Below, in pieces: positions 1-14,000 of a stretch of DNA of 64,000 bases (its first letter is position 1; the number at the start of each line of letters is the position of its first letter). Under the pieces are notes generated by a model. The model had not been told where the DNA came from, did no database searches, and worked only from the letters and a program-made list of their open reading frames with translations. The stretch covers positions 8,184,001 through 8,248,000 of the forward strand of contig NC_047076.1 of assembly GCF_902459465.1 (NCBI RefSeq), read 5' to 3'. Made by a program: the position numbers and the translations under genes. Source of the DNA: Asterias rubens. Lineage: Eukaryota.

Positions 1-285
1 ATTTGGCAAAGACCAGTCTTCATCTTAACATATCCACAACAAACCTGTGAAAATTTTAACTCAATTGGTCCTCGAAGGTGCGAGATAATAATGGAAGAAA
101 AACACCCTTGTCACATGAAGTTGTATGCTTTGAGTCCCAAATCTAATTCTGATGTCTCAAAATCAAATTCGTGGAAAATAACTTCTTTCTCGAAAACTAT
201 TCCTTACTTCAGAGGGAGCCGTTTTATACTATCAAAAGCTCCCAATATTACTCCTTCCAAGTAAGGTTTTATGCTAATAGTTATG
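1..285 (-). mobile_element. Family A MITE, degenerate partial copy
   Basis: Internal motifs aaacctgtgaaaatt, aaatcaaattcgtggaaaat, cagagggagccg. Confidence 0.75.
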
Positions 286-1419
286 TTAAGTCACACGTCG
301 ATTTAACTGTGTTATAAAAAGCTTGCGTTTTGAGTGTGAAATTAAATTATTTTTGTTTGATGAAGTAATTCGATTGTTGAAAGGTATTTTAACTGAAATT
401 ATTTTGAAAATTATTGTGTGATTTGGGAGTAACATGGACACTGTGTTTGTATTACCTCCAGGTTTTTATTTTCAAAATTATCAACACTCATTGTCCACAT
501 TCACTTCGTGCATGCACTATTAATTACATACAGTGAAGAATTTGTTCCAGGCATAACTTGTTTTGGGTGAAAGTCAGAGAATTAAATACAGCAGAAATTG
601 GGGAGGACAAAAATCATGCAAACGTCACACAGACGTCACAACGTTTCACAACTTGATAGAATGACCCATAAGTAATACATTTTCTTTGCGTTTTGTTTGT
701 GTGTGCGTTTTTTCAATAAAAAAATAATTAAACAAAGCCAACCGATGATCACAAAGTTATATTTAAAAAAAACTTTATGGTAAACACGCTAAATAAGCTC
801 CCAGGAACCAATAAGAGTAACCAATGCTAAATGCTAATTATTAATAAAAAACTAAAAACTCAGTGAACAAATAAATAAAATGCCTCAGCCTATTGAACAC
901 AAATTAAATCTTTTCATACAAAATACATTTCAGATTTCTTTTAAAATTTTCGGCAGGTCAGCCGTTTGGAATGTTGGCTTATTTCACAGAACCCCTTCAT
1001 AAGAGGCACACCTAAAATTTTCAAGCAAAATTTGAAACAGGACAAACTTTAACGCCTGAAGTTACTGATTAAAATCTTCACAAAATATATATATATTTTG
1101 TTTAACAATAACCAAAAATGGAATGAATACCGATGCAAATTTATTAAATCTTCACAAAAGTTGAAGCACAAGCCCCCTTCGGATATTATAGTTTATGCCA
1201 AAGTTTCCAATCCTGCCACCTTCTTTTCCTTTATAAAATAGTATCTAATTCACCTGAATGAGATACTCTTTGTAAATTTGAGTGAAAATAGTGGCATGCC
1301 AGAATACGGAAAGTAAAAAAAAAAAAGTAAATTGATAGACATTGTGTGTACCTGTTGTAAGTGGGTGCGCCACTTATACACCTTATCGCAAGATTGAAAG
1401 TGAGCCCTCTCTTGGCGAC

Positions 1420-1990
1420 TGTCACGAAACGTCCGTATCGCGCGCGCGTACGGAAACAGTCAAGTACCGACCGCCCGGTGAATTTTTAATCAGCAGTGAT
1501 CCTCATCTTAATGTGTGTTTGACCATAGAGTAAGGACAGAGATGGTTTGACAAACAAGTGTTTATCCGAATCTGGAGCATTGGGCTGACTTGGTCTAGGT
1601 TCATCATTTGTCATAATTTATTTCCCTCGTCATCTTCAGATACATTGCATCCAGGCTTTACCGAACTGAGAGCAAAGGTAAATACAACATCGACGACCGC
1701 AGTGTGCAAAATACTCTGCCAGTTCTGCCTCCTCGACCTCCTCCGAGCGCCGTGATCCTGCGCTTCTAATTAATTCTTCACGGTCGAGTGACACCACCAT
1801 CTCCTCTGCCTGCTCTGCTGCTGACTGCTTTCATCTCCCTGTGGATGTCTCTTTGAGTTGGGTTTGTGCTGCATTTCATACCATCTTGTTGGCAGGAGAT
1901 AGACGCAAGAGACAAATTTAAGGATTTTGCAGTCGGGAAGTTGTCCTTTTGACGTGAAGAGGTCGTCTCGTCGATTCATCATCAATCATC
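1420..1990 (+). promoter_or_regulatory. CpG-enriched promoter/5'UTR region of the SLC38A11-like gene
   Basis: CpG clusters (cgcgcgcgtacg, cgacgaccg) just upstream of the inferred first ATG. Confidence 0.4.
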
Positions 1991-2035
1991 ATGGCGGAAA
2001 GCCCAACCGAGAAGACGCACATAGCCAGCAATGAG
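1991..2035 (+). CDS. SLC38A11: SLC38A11-like exon 1 (MAESPTEKTHIASNE)
   Basis: ATG in a CpG-richer region, GAG|gtaaat donor, phase 0 matches exon 2; no homology support for this short segment. Confidence 0.6.
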
Positions 2036-5000
2036 GTAAATTAAAAAAACAAAAGATGGAAAGAAAAAAGAAACACAATAAACCTCTCTGCAAAATACTA
2101 GCTTTGTATTGTATTGTTGCGTTCTTCGTTTATTTGTATTTACCTGGGGGCCGGGTGTCGACTAGTTTCTTGACTTTCTACATGAAGTAACTTGTCAATG
2201 ACAATGTCATCAGTCAGACATGTAGCGTGATCATCATCATGTTCATTGAAATATTCAATAACTAAATTTGTTTGTTTTTAAATATTATTATTATTATGAT
2301 TGCAATTTTTACAGGTTTTCCTCACTTTTCACTTGCTAAGTTAGTAAGGAAAAATGTTGTATCCTGCCACCACTTTTTCATTCGTTATGAAATTTGTTAT
2401 TATTAAATTAGTTAGTGTCTACTCTAGGCCTAGTATGTAGTACTAGAGTAGCAATATCTAACTCAAATGATATACTCTTTTTTTTTGTTAAAGGTGAGTG
2501 AGAAAGTGGTGGCAGGATATGGATCATTTAAAGAACAAAAAAACAAACAATGATCTATGGTGCCCTGAACAGACATTGCATACTGCTGAAAATTATGTGG
2601 CATTTGTATGCACACAGACATGTGGGATGTCGTGAAACTATAATGTGAGCAGACATTGTTTGTTGTCGTTATATTATTATGCGCATGTATGCAAAGACGC
2701 ATGCAATGTCCTAAAATCAATCGCAAGTGGCAATATTTTTGTGATGTTGTGAATAAGGTTTATTGCGATGCAGAACCGCAATGCGTTATGGGTAGGCAGA
2801 TGGGGCAGTTTGCTATGTGGTCATGTTGTCCTGCACGATTCGCGCACACATCGCCTTTATCTTTGTGTGGGTTCAACACAACCTCTCTTGATATTTTGCT
2901 ATTCGCGATAAACCTTATTGTAAAGTTGCACCTAAAAATGTTGATTATCTAGGAACTTTCTTTCTGCAACAAAATCTTTGGATAAAAGAAGGCCGCTCAT
3001 CCATTGTTATAATCCCATTGGAAAATTAACACAGTTGAATAAACATGCTCAGTTAATTGAGTCAAGCAATCTGGGTGATGAAACATTGAGAAAAAAATAA
3101 GCTCCACTCAGAGTTGAGGCTTCTTCTTGAAAGTTATTTTGTGCACCATGCAAAGTCTAAAAGGCTAAAAACACAGTTGAATTTTCCCTTTACTTCAGGA
3201 TGCTTCAGTAAAGTGTTTCTGCAGCATACTTTTCAGAGGTGGTCGCTTATCCATTGTTAAATCCATTGGAAAATGAACACGGTTGAACGAACATGCTCAA
3301 TTAACTGAAGACATGAAAAGAAGTTTGATCAGCCTGTTAGTGGTTTTCACATACCAGCAGCCAGCCAGACAAACCAAAAAATAATAACAAAACGACACGC
3401 CAAATATAATAAATCAGTAGTTCTATTGATATTGGGTATGTGATGTTTCTGTAATTTCATGCAGCCCAACAATGGAACAATGAGGAGCGCCTAATGGTTC
3501 CCACACTGTTCTTTTCATTTCATAAATGACGTGTATTATTGGTTTGCTGTCACAATTTCATATTATAGACTGGTGTGCCAGCCAGGAGGCATGGGTGTGA
3601 ACCCTGCAACGGTTGTATGGCTTCTGACTGGCACCACAAAATAGGGAGACCCAACCATGCACTACATAGCTCAGTTGGTAGAGCACTGGCACGTTTAATT
3701 CAGAGGTCCATGGTTCAAATCCTGCTCTATAGTAACTTTTTCTTTGTTTCAAAACCCCATAAGAATTTAATCTTGTCAGAATAGGCCTATTGATTGTTTA
3801 TTATTTTGTTCATTTTGAAAAAATTCATTTATATTCATTGAGTACTGTCACAAAAGGTTTATTACAAATAGTTACTTGTACATTAAAAGAGTGGAGGGCT
3901 GCGACCAAGTCCCAAGTTGGTGTAGGATAGATCACGCCCACGCATCGCAATATAAAAACAAAATAAACAGGTGTAAACAAATCTGTGGGAACTTTAAATG
4001 TTTGTCAATTTTTCGTTGCATAAAATCACAAACCTGTGAAAATTTGAGCTCAACTGGTCAGCCAAGTTGCAAACAAATACTGACAGAAAAAAACACCCTT
4101 GTTGCATGGAACTGTGTGTTTTCATACATGTCCTATGTCTGAGAAACGTTGCTGTGAAAAATAACCCCTTGTCACTGAAACTACATACATAAAAGGTTGT
4201 CTTTTCTAGCAATGTTTACAATATCAACAGCTCTTCAGTGCGCTCTTAACCAGGTAGTCCAAAGGTTACTGTAAGAATCGCCCGAAATAACAAAGGTAGC
4301 CTTTTTCTCAAAATAAGAACTTTAAAAAAATTGAATTGTAAATGTCTGGGAGAGTAAAACCGCAAACAAAATGAACAAGGGCGACGCTTGATAATAATAA
4401 ACCGTACTGCCCATACATAAATCCTCTACGGTAAGACTACACAAATCCTCTCATTGTTAAGTGTATTATATATAAGTGGATTCAGTTGCAACTAATTCCC
4501 ACAGCCTGTCGCCCCCGTAGGCTTTCGGCCATCTCTCTGCGCATCTAATTAGAGTGGCTGCAAGTGGTTTACAGCACACTGGGCATCGTTCCTTCCTCCA
4601 TTGTTAATGTTTATTATGTCAGCATGTAAGCATTGCTGCCTGTGTTTGGATGAATGTGCCGCACATTGCAAGGTGGTTGTTGCTTTTTCCAATCAATAGT
4701 ACAAAGAAAAGAATGGCTCAAATAGCTTTGTTAAATTCTAGAATACCTTTGGGTCACACTCCACTTCACAGAATACATGACATGGACATAAGGCCAAGTT
4801 AAAAAAAAAGAAAAACAGTTGATCGTCCGAGTTTTCCAAAAAGAAGAGGATTAGGGCTTTATTAATTTTTATTTCTTTCAAAGATTGCATCCAAGCATTT
4901 CAATTAAAATTGGCCACCAATTCTTCAGTTTAAGGGTCACCACTCTTTTTGGAAAAAAAAAGAGTAGAGCAAAAGTTTTGTTTAAAAGAAAGGTGCAACC

Positions 5001-8000
5001 TTAAAAAAGGATGAGGGAGGGAACGATCAAATGGTTTTTATTTTATTTGGCCTAATGCTGACAAATAAAGCAATTACATGGTTACTGCCCAGGGTTCTGC
5101 CTAGGATTTGTCTAAACCCTGGGGCGTTCTAAACCCAAATTTGTTGACGTTTGGCTGAAGCAAGCTGAATGGGAACAAGGGGCCAATTTCATAGCGCTGC
5201 TAAGCACAAAGCATGAAATTTTGGCCTCGATAAAAACGTTACCAACCAAATTTCCACATGGTTTTGAGGATAAACAAACAACAGTATTAAACAAGCAACA
5301 AGCAATATGCAAAAAAAAAGAAAAATGGTTGGTAATCCTGTTTTTATCTAGGAAGAAATTTCATGCTAAGCAAATTTGTGTGCTTAGCAGCGCTATGAAA
5401 TTGGGCCCAGGTCACAACTATTCAGAATGTTTTCTACTTGGTGTGTATCCTTTATCTTGTCCTATGATGTACTATGCAATCTGGAGCATGGTTTTCTCTT
5501 GATGTGTTTTTTGTGGGGAAAAAAATAGTAGGCCTATCAAGATTTATTTATCTTAATTTGTTTATCGGCTAGCGAAACCCCGTGATATAGGGACACATTC
5601 TGAAAGTATGTCATCGGCCTCCCCTGGGCTGTGTTCCACAGGGATAAGAAATACAAAAGTGAAAAATTTTGCCAAATTTATGAAATTATCATTTTACGCC
5701 AAAATATGTCGATATCCTGACAAAAATGATTTTTTGTATCAAACGTCTGGCACTTGTGTAAATGTCAAGAGTCAAGTAGATGTATGCAAATGGACTCAGT
5801 TGATTAAATTAAGATATTACGATACCTGAGTCCACACTAAAGTATTCTGTGTATCAAAATGGCATCAGGATTCTACGCAAACGCTTTCTAAATTTGTTAG
5901 CGTAGGCGTCTAGCGCATGAATCGAAAGCTGCTTATAAGTAGGGCCATAGTTTGGGTTTTGTCAACATAATGCTTATAGGCAAAATTATAAAGAAAGATA
6001 CGGTAAAGTCGCATGTGAAAAGTTTTGGGTGTATAAAGTGTTAAATTGCTGAGAAAATAGCACAAAAATGTCATCAATTTTCACAATCTAGCGTCTAATA
6101 ATTAATCTTATGGTTTAATTATAGCTCCATAGATTGGTCTAATCTATTTAAGTTTAGCGAGGTAACAGTGGCTACCAATCGCATCTCTGGCCACAGCATT
6201 ATAGGCATTAAAAAAAATGTATTATGTTGGCGTAACAGGCCCAAAAATATAGGGTAGGTAGGTTTTTTCTTTTTTTCCCAGCAACAAAATTGACAGGTTT
6301 TCTAATTGTTTAAGCCGGTAGGTCGGGTTACGCCAACATAACAACAACATTTTCGTCAATTGCAACAAATACTTCTGGTGCAGTAGCCTATAATTTCCAA
6401 GCTATTATGCTTTGAGTTTATTGTAGACTTTCTTGAAATGGTACCTCCTTCTTGTAAAGGGAATAACATTTCTTCCTTTTTAATACAGGGCACATTTAAA
6501 GGCAGTGGACACTATTGGTAATTACTCAAAACATTTATGAGCATAAAACCTTACTTGGTAACGAGTAATGGGGAGGGGTTGATAGTATAAAACATTGTGA
6601 GAAATGGCTCCCTCTGAAGTGGAGTAGTTTTTCGAGAAAGAAGTAATTTTCCATTTCGAGACCTCGGATTTGGAACTTGAGGTTTCGAAATCAAGCATCT
6701 GAGCGCACACGTGTGACAAGGGTGTTTTTTTCTCTCATTATTATCTCGCAACTTCGACGACCGATTGAGTTAAATTTTCACAGGTTTGTAATTTTATGCA
6801 TATGTTGCGATACAGCAAGTGTGAAGACTGGTCTTTGACAATTACCAATAGTGTCCAGTGTCTTTAAAGTATGGGGGAAATTAACATTTCTGCAGGAAAG
6901 GGGCTACGAAGGCAATGACATGTGGGCAGTTGCCTGCGTTGTCTCCATGAGGTATCAGGCCTGGTGATTTGTCGTTTCAGTCAACACGCTGGTGAACATC
7001 TTCATATGTTTCTAGTTACCGGTGCATAATGTAGCATCATCCACCGTCTGATATTCTGTGTGTCTATTTCTTATTATCGTAAAGCTACGTGGGAGGAAAT
7101 TCTCCTGAATAGAGAGTGAAGACGGTCCTTGCATGCCAGCGTTGTCCCCCAGCCGCCCCACCGTCATCAGTCCATGCTGCTTGATCCGCTGCGGAATGAA
7201 AATCAAATTATCATATTGATTGGTGGTGTATTAGACATGTATACACCATATGGGCTGATATTGTGTGACGGGTTTGCGGTCAGATGCTGTCCACAGGATT
7301 TTAATAACTCTCGTCATTGTACAATGGCTAGTTATTTATATAGGGGTGATCCATTAAAATTGAAAAAGGATGGTGAGGTTTGAAGCATCTGCTGGAAGGT
7401 GTTAGAGTGTGGGTTAAAATTACATTTGAAGAAAATTCCGTCAGAAATTTAACCTATTATTTCATAGAGTTCATGTTACTGATTTTCTGTATTTTTTGTA
7501 ATTTTTCACTGTATGTAATGTGTGACAATAAAACAATTGAATTGATTGTTTTCTAAGCTGTAATGTATTTGTATAAACACATTAGAGCCCTTTTATACCT
7601 TTTATACAGTGTGGGTTAGAAAATTTACAAAGGAAATTACAAAGAAAATTCTGTCAGAAATTAAAAACATTATTTCATAGAGTTCACGTTACTGATTATT
7701 TTCCTAAGCTTTAATGGTGTTTATGTATAAATACATTAGAGCCTTTTTTATACCTAGCAGGTGTTAGTTTGTTACAGTGTGGATTAAAATTACAAAGAAA
7801 ATTCCATCTGAAATTTAACCTATTATTAAATAGAGTTCATGTTTACTGACTGTTTTCTTAGCTGCAATGTATTTATTTATAAATACATTATAACCGTTTT
7901 TTATACCTGACAGGTGTTACAGTGTGGGTTAAAATTACAAAGGAAATTACAAAGACAATTCCAGAATAAATTTAACCTATTATTTCATTAAGTTCATGTA

Positions 8001-11000
8001 AGTGATGGTTTCTAAGCTAAATAATGACAGGTTTTAAGTGGAGCACACTGCCAGATTCATGGTTTCTTATAAGGGAAAGCAATTTGTTTCTGTGGCAAAG
8101 GGTGCAGTTCCTACTGGAATGTTGTTTCAAGGGGCACTTATACATTGACTGAACACTTTTCAAACCTGAGTTGTTAAAGGCAGTGGACACTATTGGTAAT
8201 TACTTAAAATAATTATTATCATAAACCTTACTTGGTAATAAGTAATGGGGAGAGGTTGATAGTATAAAACATTGTGAGAAACGGCTCCCTCTGAAGTAAT
8301 GTAGTTTTCGAGAAAGAAGTAATTTTCCACGAATTTGATTTTGAGACCTCAGATTTAGAATTTGGCGTCACGAAATCAAGCATCTGAAAGCACGCAACTT
8401 CGTGTGACAACAAGGGTGTTTTTTCATTCATTTTTATCTCGCAACTTCGATGACAAATTGAGCTCAAATTTTCACAGGTTTGTTATTTTATGCATATGTT
8501 GAGTTACACCAAGTGAGAAGACTGGTCTTTGACAATTACCAATCATGCCAATAGTGTCCACTGTCTTTAACCCTGGCAAACTCCTGGAGAATTGCCAATT
8601 CCTGGGAATAGCCATCCCGGAAACAGCTATTTTCTGGGAAAAGCTACCGGTGCTTGAGAGTAGAGTTACATTGTTAGTTGTTAGTGAGACAACCCTAGGG
8701 GCACATTTCAAGTTAAAATGAATAATTTGCATTTTTTTTTAAATTTATGTAAAACCTATTTTGTTTCCTTTAGATTTCTTTTTGATGTGTCTTTTAAAAT
8801 CTTTGTAAAATTGTTATTCGTAAAAAGTTTATACTATCAACTGCTGCGGTGCTTCTTACCAAATACATTAAGTTTTTTGTGGTTGTTACTTTTTAAAGTA
8901 TTTCCCAATCTATTAGGCCGACTACACACCCCTGTTTGCTTCGTTTTTGAAAGGGCAAGGGCACCAAGGCAAGGCCAGGGTCCAATTTCATAGCGCTGCT
9001 AAGCATACAAATTTGCTTAAGCATGAAATTTCTTCCTTGATAAAAACAGGATTACCAACCATATTTCCATTTTTTGCATATATTGCTTGTTACTTGTATT
9101 CAGCTGTTGTTTGTTTATCCTCAAAACCATGTGGAAATTTGGTTAGTAATTTTGTTTTTATCGAGGCCAAAATTTCATGCTTAGCGCTATGAAATTGGCC
9201 CCTGGGGGCATGGAGGCTATCCCCTTTGTTGGCTCCGTGAAGTATCAGGATTTGTCTACATTCATTGAGGTTTTGTTTTAATTTGATGATTTTCAGATGA
9301 TGCCGATGTCGACTCATGACACAGCACAGCTGGTTGAGAAAGGGGCAGAGGCAGCCCTTGATGATTCTAAGGATCAAGATCGCAGTGGCATTCCAGGAGC
9401 TAGCTTCAATATCGCTAATAGCATTCTTGGATCCGGAATTATAGGTACGTCTGGGTTTGTGGTAAAGGGGAAGGGATGCTTGGGCGTCCTACCTAGCTAG
9501 TAATTTGTTTGTAGCATGCTGGGGTCTGGGATTTAGGTATGTCTGGGTTTGTAGTAAAGGGTGAAGGGATGCTTGGGCGTCCTACCTAGCTAGTGATTTG
9601 TTTGTAGCATGCTGGGGTCTGGGATTATAGGTACGTCTGGGTTTGTGGTAGAGGGGTAGGGATGCTTGGGCGTCCTACCTAGCTAGTAATTTGTTTGTGG
9701 CATGCTGGGGTCTGGGATTATACCTGTACGTCTGGGTTGGTGGTAAAGGGTGAAGGGATGCTTGGGCGTCCTACCTAGCTAGTAATTTGTTTGTGGCATG
9801 CTGGGGTCTAGGATTATAGGTACGTCTGGGTTTGTGGTAGAGGGGTAGGGATGCTTGGGCGTCCTACCTAGCTAGTAATTTGTTTGTAGCATGCTGGGGT
9901 CTGGGATTATAGGTACGTCTGTGTTTGTGGTAAAGGGTGAAGGGATGCTTGGGCGTCCTACCTAGCTAGTAATTTGTTTGTAGCATGCTGGGGTCTGGGA
10001 TTATAGGTACGTCTGTGTTTGTGGTAAAGGGTGAAGGGATGCTTGGGCGTCCTACCTAGCTAGTGATTTGTTTGTAGCATGCTGGGGTCTGGGATTATAG
10101 GTACGTCTGGGTTTGTGGTAGAGGGGTAGGGATGCTTGGGCGTCCTACCTAGCTAGTAATTTGTTTGTGGCATGCTGGGGTCTGGGATTATAGGTGCGTC
10201 TGTGTTTGTGGTAAAGGGGAAGGGATGCTTGGGCGTCCTACCTAGCTAGTAATTTGTTTGTGGCATGCTGGGGTCTGGGATTATAGGTACGTCTGGGTTT
10301 GTGGTAGAGGGGTAGGGATGCTTGGGCGTCCTACCTTGCTAGTAATTTGTTTGTGGCATGCTGGGGTCTGGGATTATAGGTACGTCTGTGTTTGTGGTAA
10401 AGGGTGAAGGGATGCTTGGGCGTCCTACCTAGCTAGTGATTTGTTTGTAGCATGCTGGGGTCTGGGATTATAGGTACGTCCGGGTTTGTGGTAGAGGGGT
10501 AGGGATGCTTGGGCGTCCTACCTAGCTAGTAATTTGTTTGTGGCATGCTGGGGTCTGGGATTATAGGTACGTCTGGGTTTGTGGTAAAGGGTGAAGGGAT
10601 GCTTGGGCGTCCTACCTAGCTAGTAATTTGTTCGCAGCATGCTGGGGTCTGGGATTATAGGTACGTCTGGGTTTGTGGTAGAGGGGTAGGGATGCTTGGG
10701 CATCCTACCTAGCTAGTAATTTGTTTGAAGCATGCTGGGGTCTGGGATTATAGGTACGTCTGGGTTTGTGGTAAAGGGGGAGGGGGCCGCTTTGGAATCA
10801 TTGTACCTGTGCCTTATCGCTTGTGTGATATGCATATGTGTGATAGCGCCCTCGCTAGCCATGACCAATTGCAGCCCCGAGATGTGGAATATGCAGGTCA
10901 CATCGAGATCTGCACTGTAACAAACGAACCTGATACGTAAGAGAAAGGATTCGCTTCTGTGTTTCTTGCGTTATTGGCTGCAGGTTACACTCTGCATCTC

Positions 11001-14000
11001 CTTGTAGACCCTCACAACTTGAATCCCCTACGAGGGGGTATGATAGATGGGTCAGTCTAATGATTCAAGCGTTCTGCATACCTGTTGATTAAATAACGAG
11101 TACTATGAAGTGCCAATGGACTTAGTGCTATATAAAACTCAGATTTGTTATTACAGTAAGTTGAGTCACTTTTGAATTTACGCCTTGAAAACAAAAGGTT
11201 TGGTTTTCAAGTGTTTTCCAAAACAATGCATTTGCGCACAAATGTATAGCTGTTTCATTAAAGGCAGTGGACAGTTAGCATAAAACCTTACTTGGTGACG
11301 AGTTATGGGGAGAGGTTGATAGTATAAAACATTGTGAGAAACGGCACCCTCTGAAGTGACATAGTTTTCGAGAAAGAAGTAATTTTCCACGAATTTGATT
11401 TTGAGACCTCAGATTTAAAACTTGAGGTCTCGAAATCAACCATCTAAACACACACAACTTCGTGTGACAAGGGTGTTTTTTCTGTCATTATTATCTCGCA
11501 AGTTCAATGACCGATTGAGCTCAAATTTTCACAGATTGTATGCATATGTTGAGATACACCAAGTGAGAAGGCTAGTCTTTGACAATTACCAATAGTGTCC
11601 ACTGCCTTTAATAACGTTTTCAGATTACTCCATTGAATTTGAAATTCTTTTTGTATTCCAAGCAGTTATGACCTATCTAGCCTATTAAAAAAAAAAGAAT
11701 TTAGATTATGTGTTTTTTAAAGTTTCTTTTTCTTTTGCATTTTTTGTTCACAAACTTATAATTTATTTTATGATTAGTTTTTGTCACTGGACTATGTGGT
11801 AAGACCTCTGTTATAAATGTTTTCCGTACTATAAACACTTAACATTAATGTTATAATCAAAAGAATGGGGTCCTAAGCCTTGTATGACTGACTTTGGCGA
11901 TGGCATGGTCGTGGGCTGAAGTGGCAGTTGTTGGTAAAACAGGAGCCTTTGACCGTTGACCCGCCATGAACAACTTTGCAAATACTGGGAATTTGTGCAT
12001 TAGCTGGTCAAACCAAGAAAGAGAAAACAAGATGATGTCTGTCTGTAGCCAATATTGCTCATCAGGCCGGTATATATACAGTTTCCTGGGTGTTAGACGA
12101 CTGAGAAAACTTGTATTCCCCTTGACAGGATGCCAGTCTATTCCAGGTTACTTCCCAGCTCTTGCCAGAATACATAATTTGTACGTCTGGTTGGAGAGAA
12201 GCAATTTGGATAAAGTGTCTTGCTCAAGGACACAAGTGTCGCAACTGACCAGGCTGGGACTCGAACCCATACTTTGTAAAATACAGAACTTGAGTTCACC
12301 GCCATAGACCGCTCGGCCACAAAACTCTATGTTTGCTGGTCTAGTTAGTTAGCAACAAAGTTTTGTCTCTTACTACACAAGCGTGCACATTTACGGCTAG
12401 TGTGCCCATCCCCATTTTTTGTGAAGTTGTCTCTCAGTCAAGGCCTATTAGTTCCCACATTCAACCATGGCCCAGGGTGTATTAGACCTGTATATAATAC
12501 GAGGTACCATTTATGTTTTGTTCTCTGTGTCAAATAACAATAAATAAACCCCAATTCTCATAGCATGAATACTATGACCTGACTGTTTAAAAAGACACTA
12601 GACACCTATGGTAATTTTCAAAGACCAGTCTTCTCACTTGGTGTATCTCAAAATATATGCATGAAATAACCAATCTGTGAAAACTTGAACTCTATTGATC
12701 GTCGAACTTGGGAGAGAACAATTGAAGAAAAAACACCGCACAAGTTGTGTGCTTTCAGATGCCTTGAATTCGATACTCAAATTCAATTCAAATATATTAA
12801 TTAGAAGTTACTTCTTTAAAGAAAACTAGTAAACTATGTTACTTCAGATGGAGCCGTTTCTCACAATGTTTGAGACTATCAACAGCTCTCCATCGCTAGT
12901 TATGTTACCATGTAAGTTTTTATGCTAACAATTATTTTAAAGAATTACCAATAGTGTCCAGTGCCTTTAACCTCTCAGCCTCATTTTGATTTATACATTA
13001 GTTTGAGTCTGAAGAGAAAAACAAAACAAACCTGTACCTGGATAAAATGTCAATTTGAGAATTCTACAATAACAATCATGATAACATATTTTTGCTTGTA
13101 CCACAACATTTCTGTAACAAATTTCTGGCTAAGGGGCCACTCAGGTTATAAAGGATGATGTATACATAAGGTTTTCATGAAGGGAGTGGACACTATTGGA
13201 AATTACTCAAAATAATTTTTAGTATAAAACCCCACTTGGTAACGAGTAATGGAGAACTGTTGATAGTCAGGGATGAGATTGTTCAGACTTTTGGCTGAAT
13301 TCAGACTTTTTATGTCGGCCGGGTGAAGAAAATCAGACAATATTTTTTTCCAGAAATAAAGAAATCCTGCTCATCATCCTCATTGAGTATTGACATTGGT
13401 CTAATCTCTCTAGTAGTGCTTTGGAAACTGTTTGTGTTTCCAAAAGCTCCTTGAAGTTGAATTCTATAACACCCATGCAGGGTTTACCAAACAGTAGAAA
13501 TGGCATCATTTCAACAGTACTTTTGAATTTGTGTCCAAGCTTCTGCCTTTTTCGTCAGCCCTGGATAGTATAAAACATTGTGAGAAATACCTCCCTCAAA
13601 AGTGACATAGTTTTCTAGAAAGAATTAATTTTCCACGAATTTGATTTCAAGACCTCAGAATTAATTTTTGAGGTCTCAAAATTAAGCATCTGAAAGCACA
13701 CAACTTTGTGTGACAAGGTTTTTTTTGTTTTTGTTTTTCCCATTCATATCTTGCAACTCCGACGACCGATTGAGCTCAAATTTTCACAGGTTTGTTATTT
13801 TATGCATATGTTGAGATACACCAACTGGGAAGACTGGTCTTTGACCATTTAAATTGTATATCAAAAACATTTGTTTGCAATTTTCTTTTAAATATTTCCC
13901 ATCGTTAAACAACACAGGGTTACTGCTGTTTGTGATAACTAGAGGGAAATGTCGAGATAAGCCTAGCAAACACATAAAAAACACATTAAAATTAAATGCA

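Noticed and set aside
1770-1985. 71-aa - strand ORF at the promoter
   Set aside because: No recognisable motifs; more simply antisense to the SLC38A11 5'UTR.
3657-3735. tRNA gene candidates (also 17514-17583)
   Set aside because: A/B boxes are present but cloverleaf arms are degenerate and embedded in dispersed repeats; treated as SINE-type heads.
6930-7260. Possible alternative first exon of SLC38A11 (ORFs 7012-7206, 7129-7383)
   Set aside because: No convincing in-frame donor or homology; cannot be supported without transcript data.
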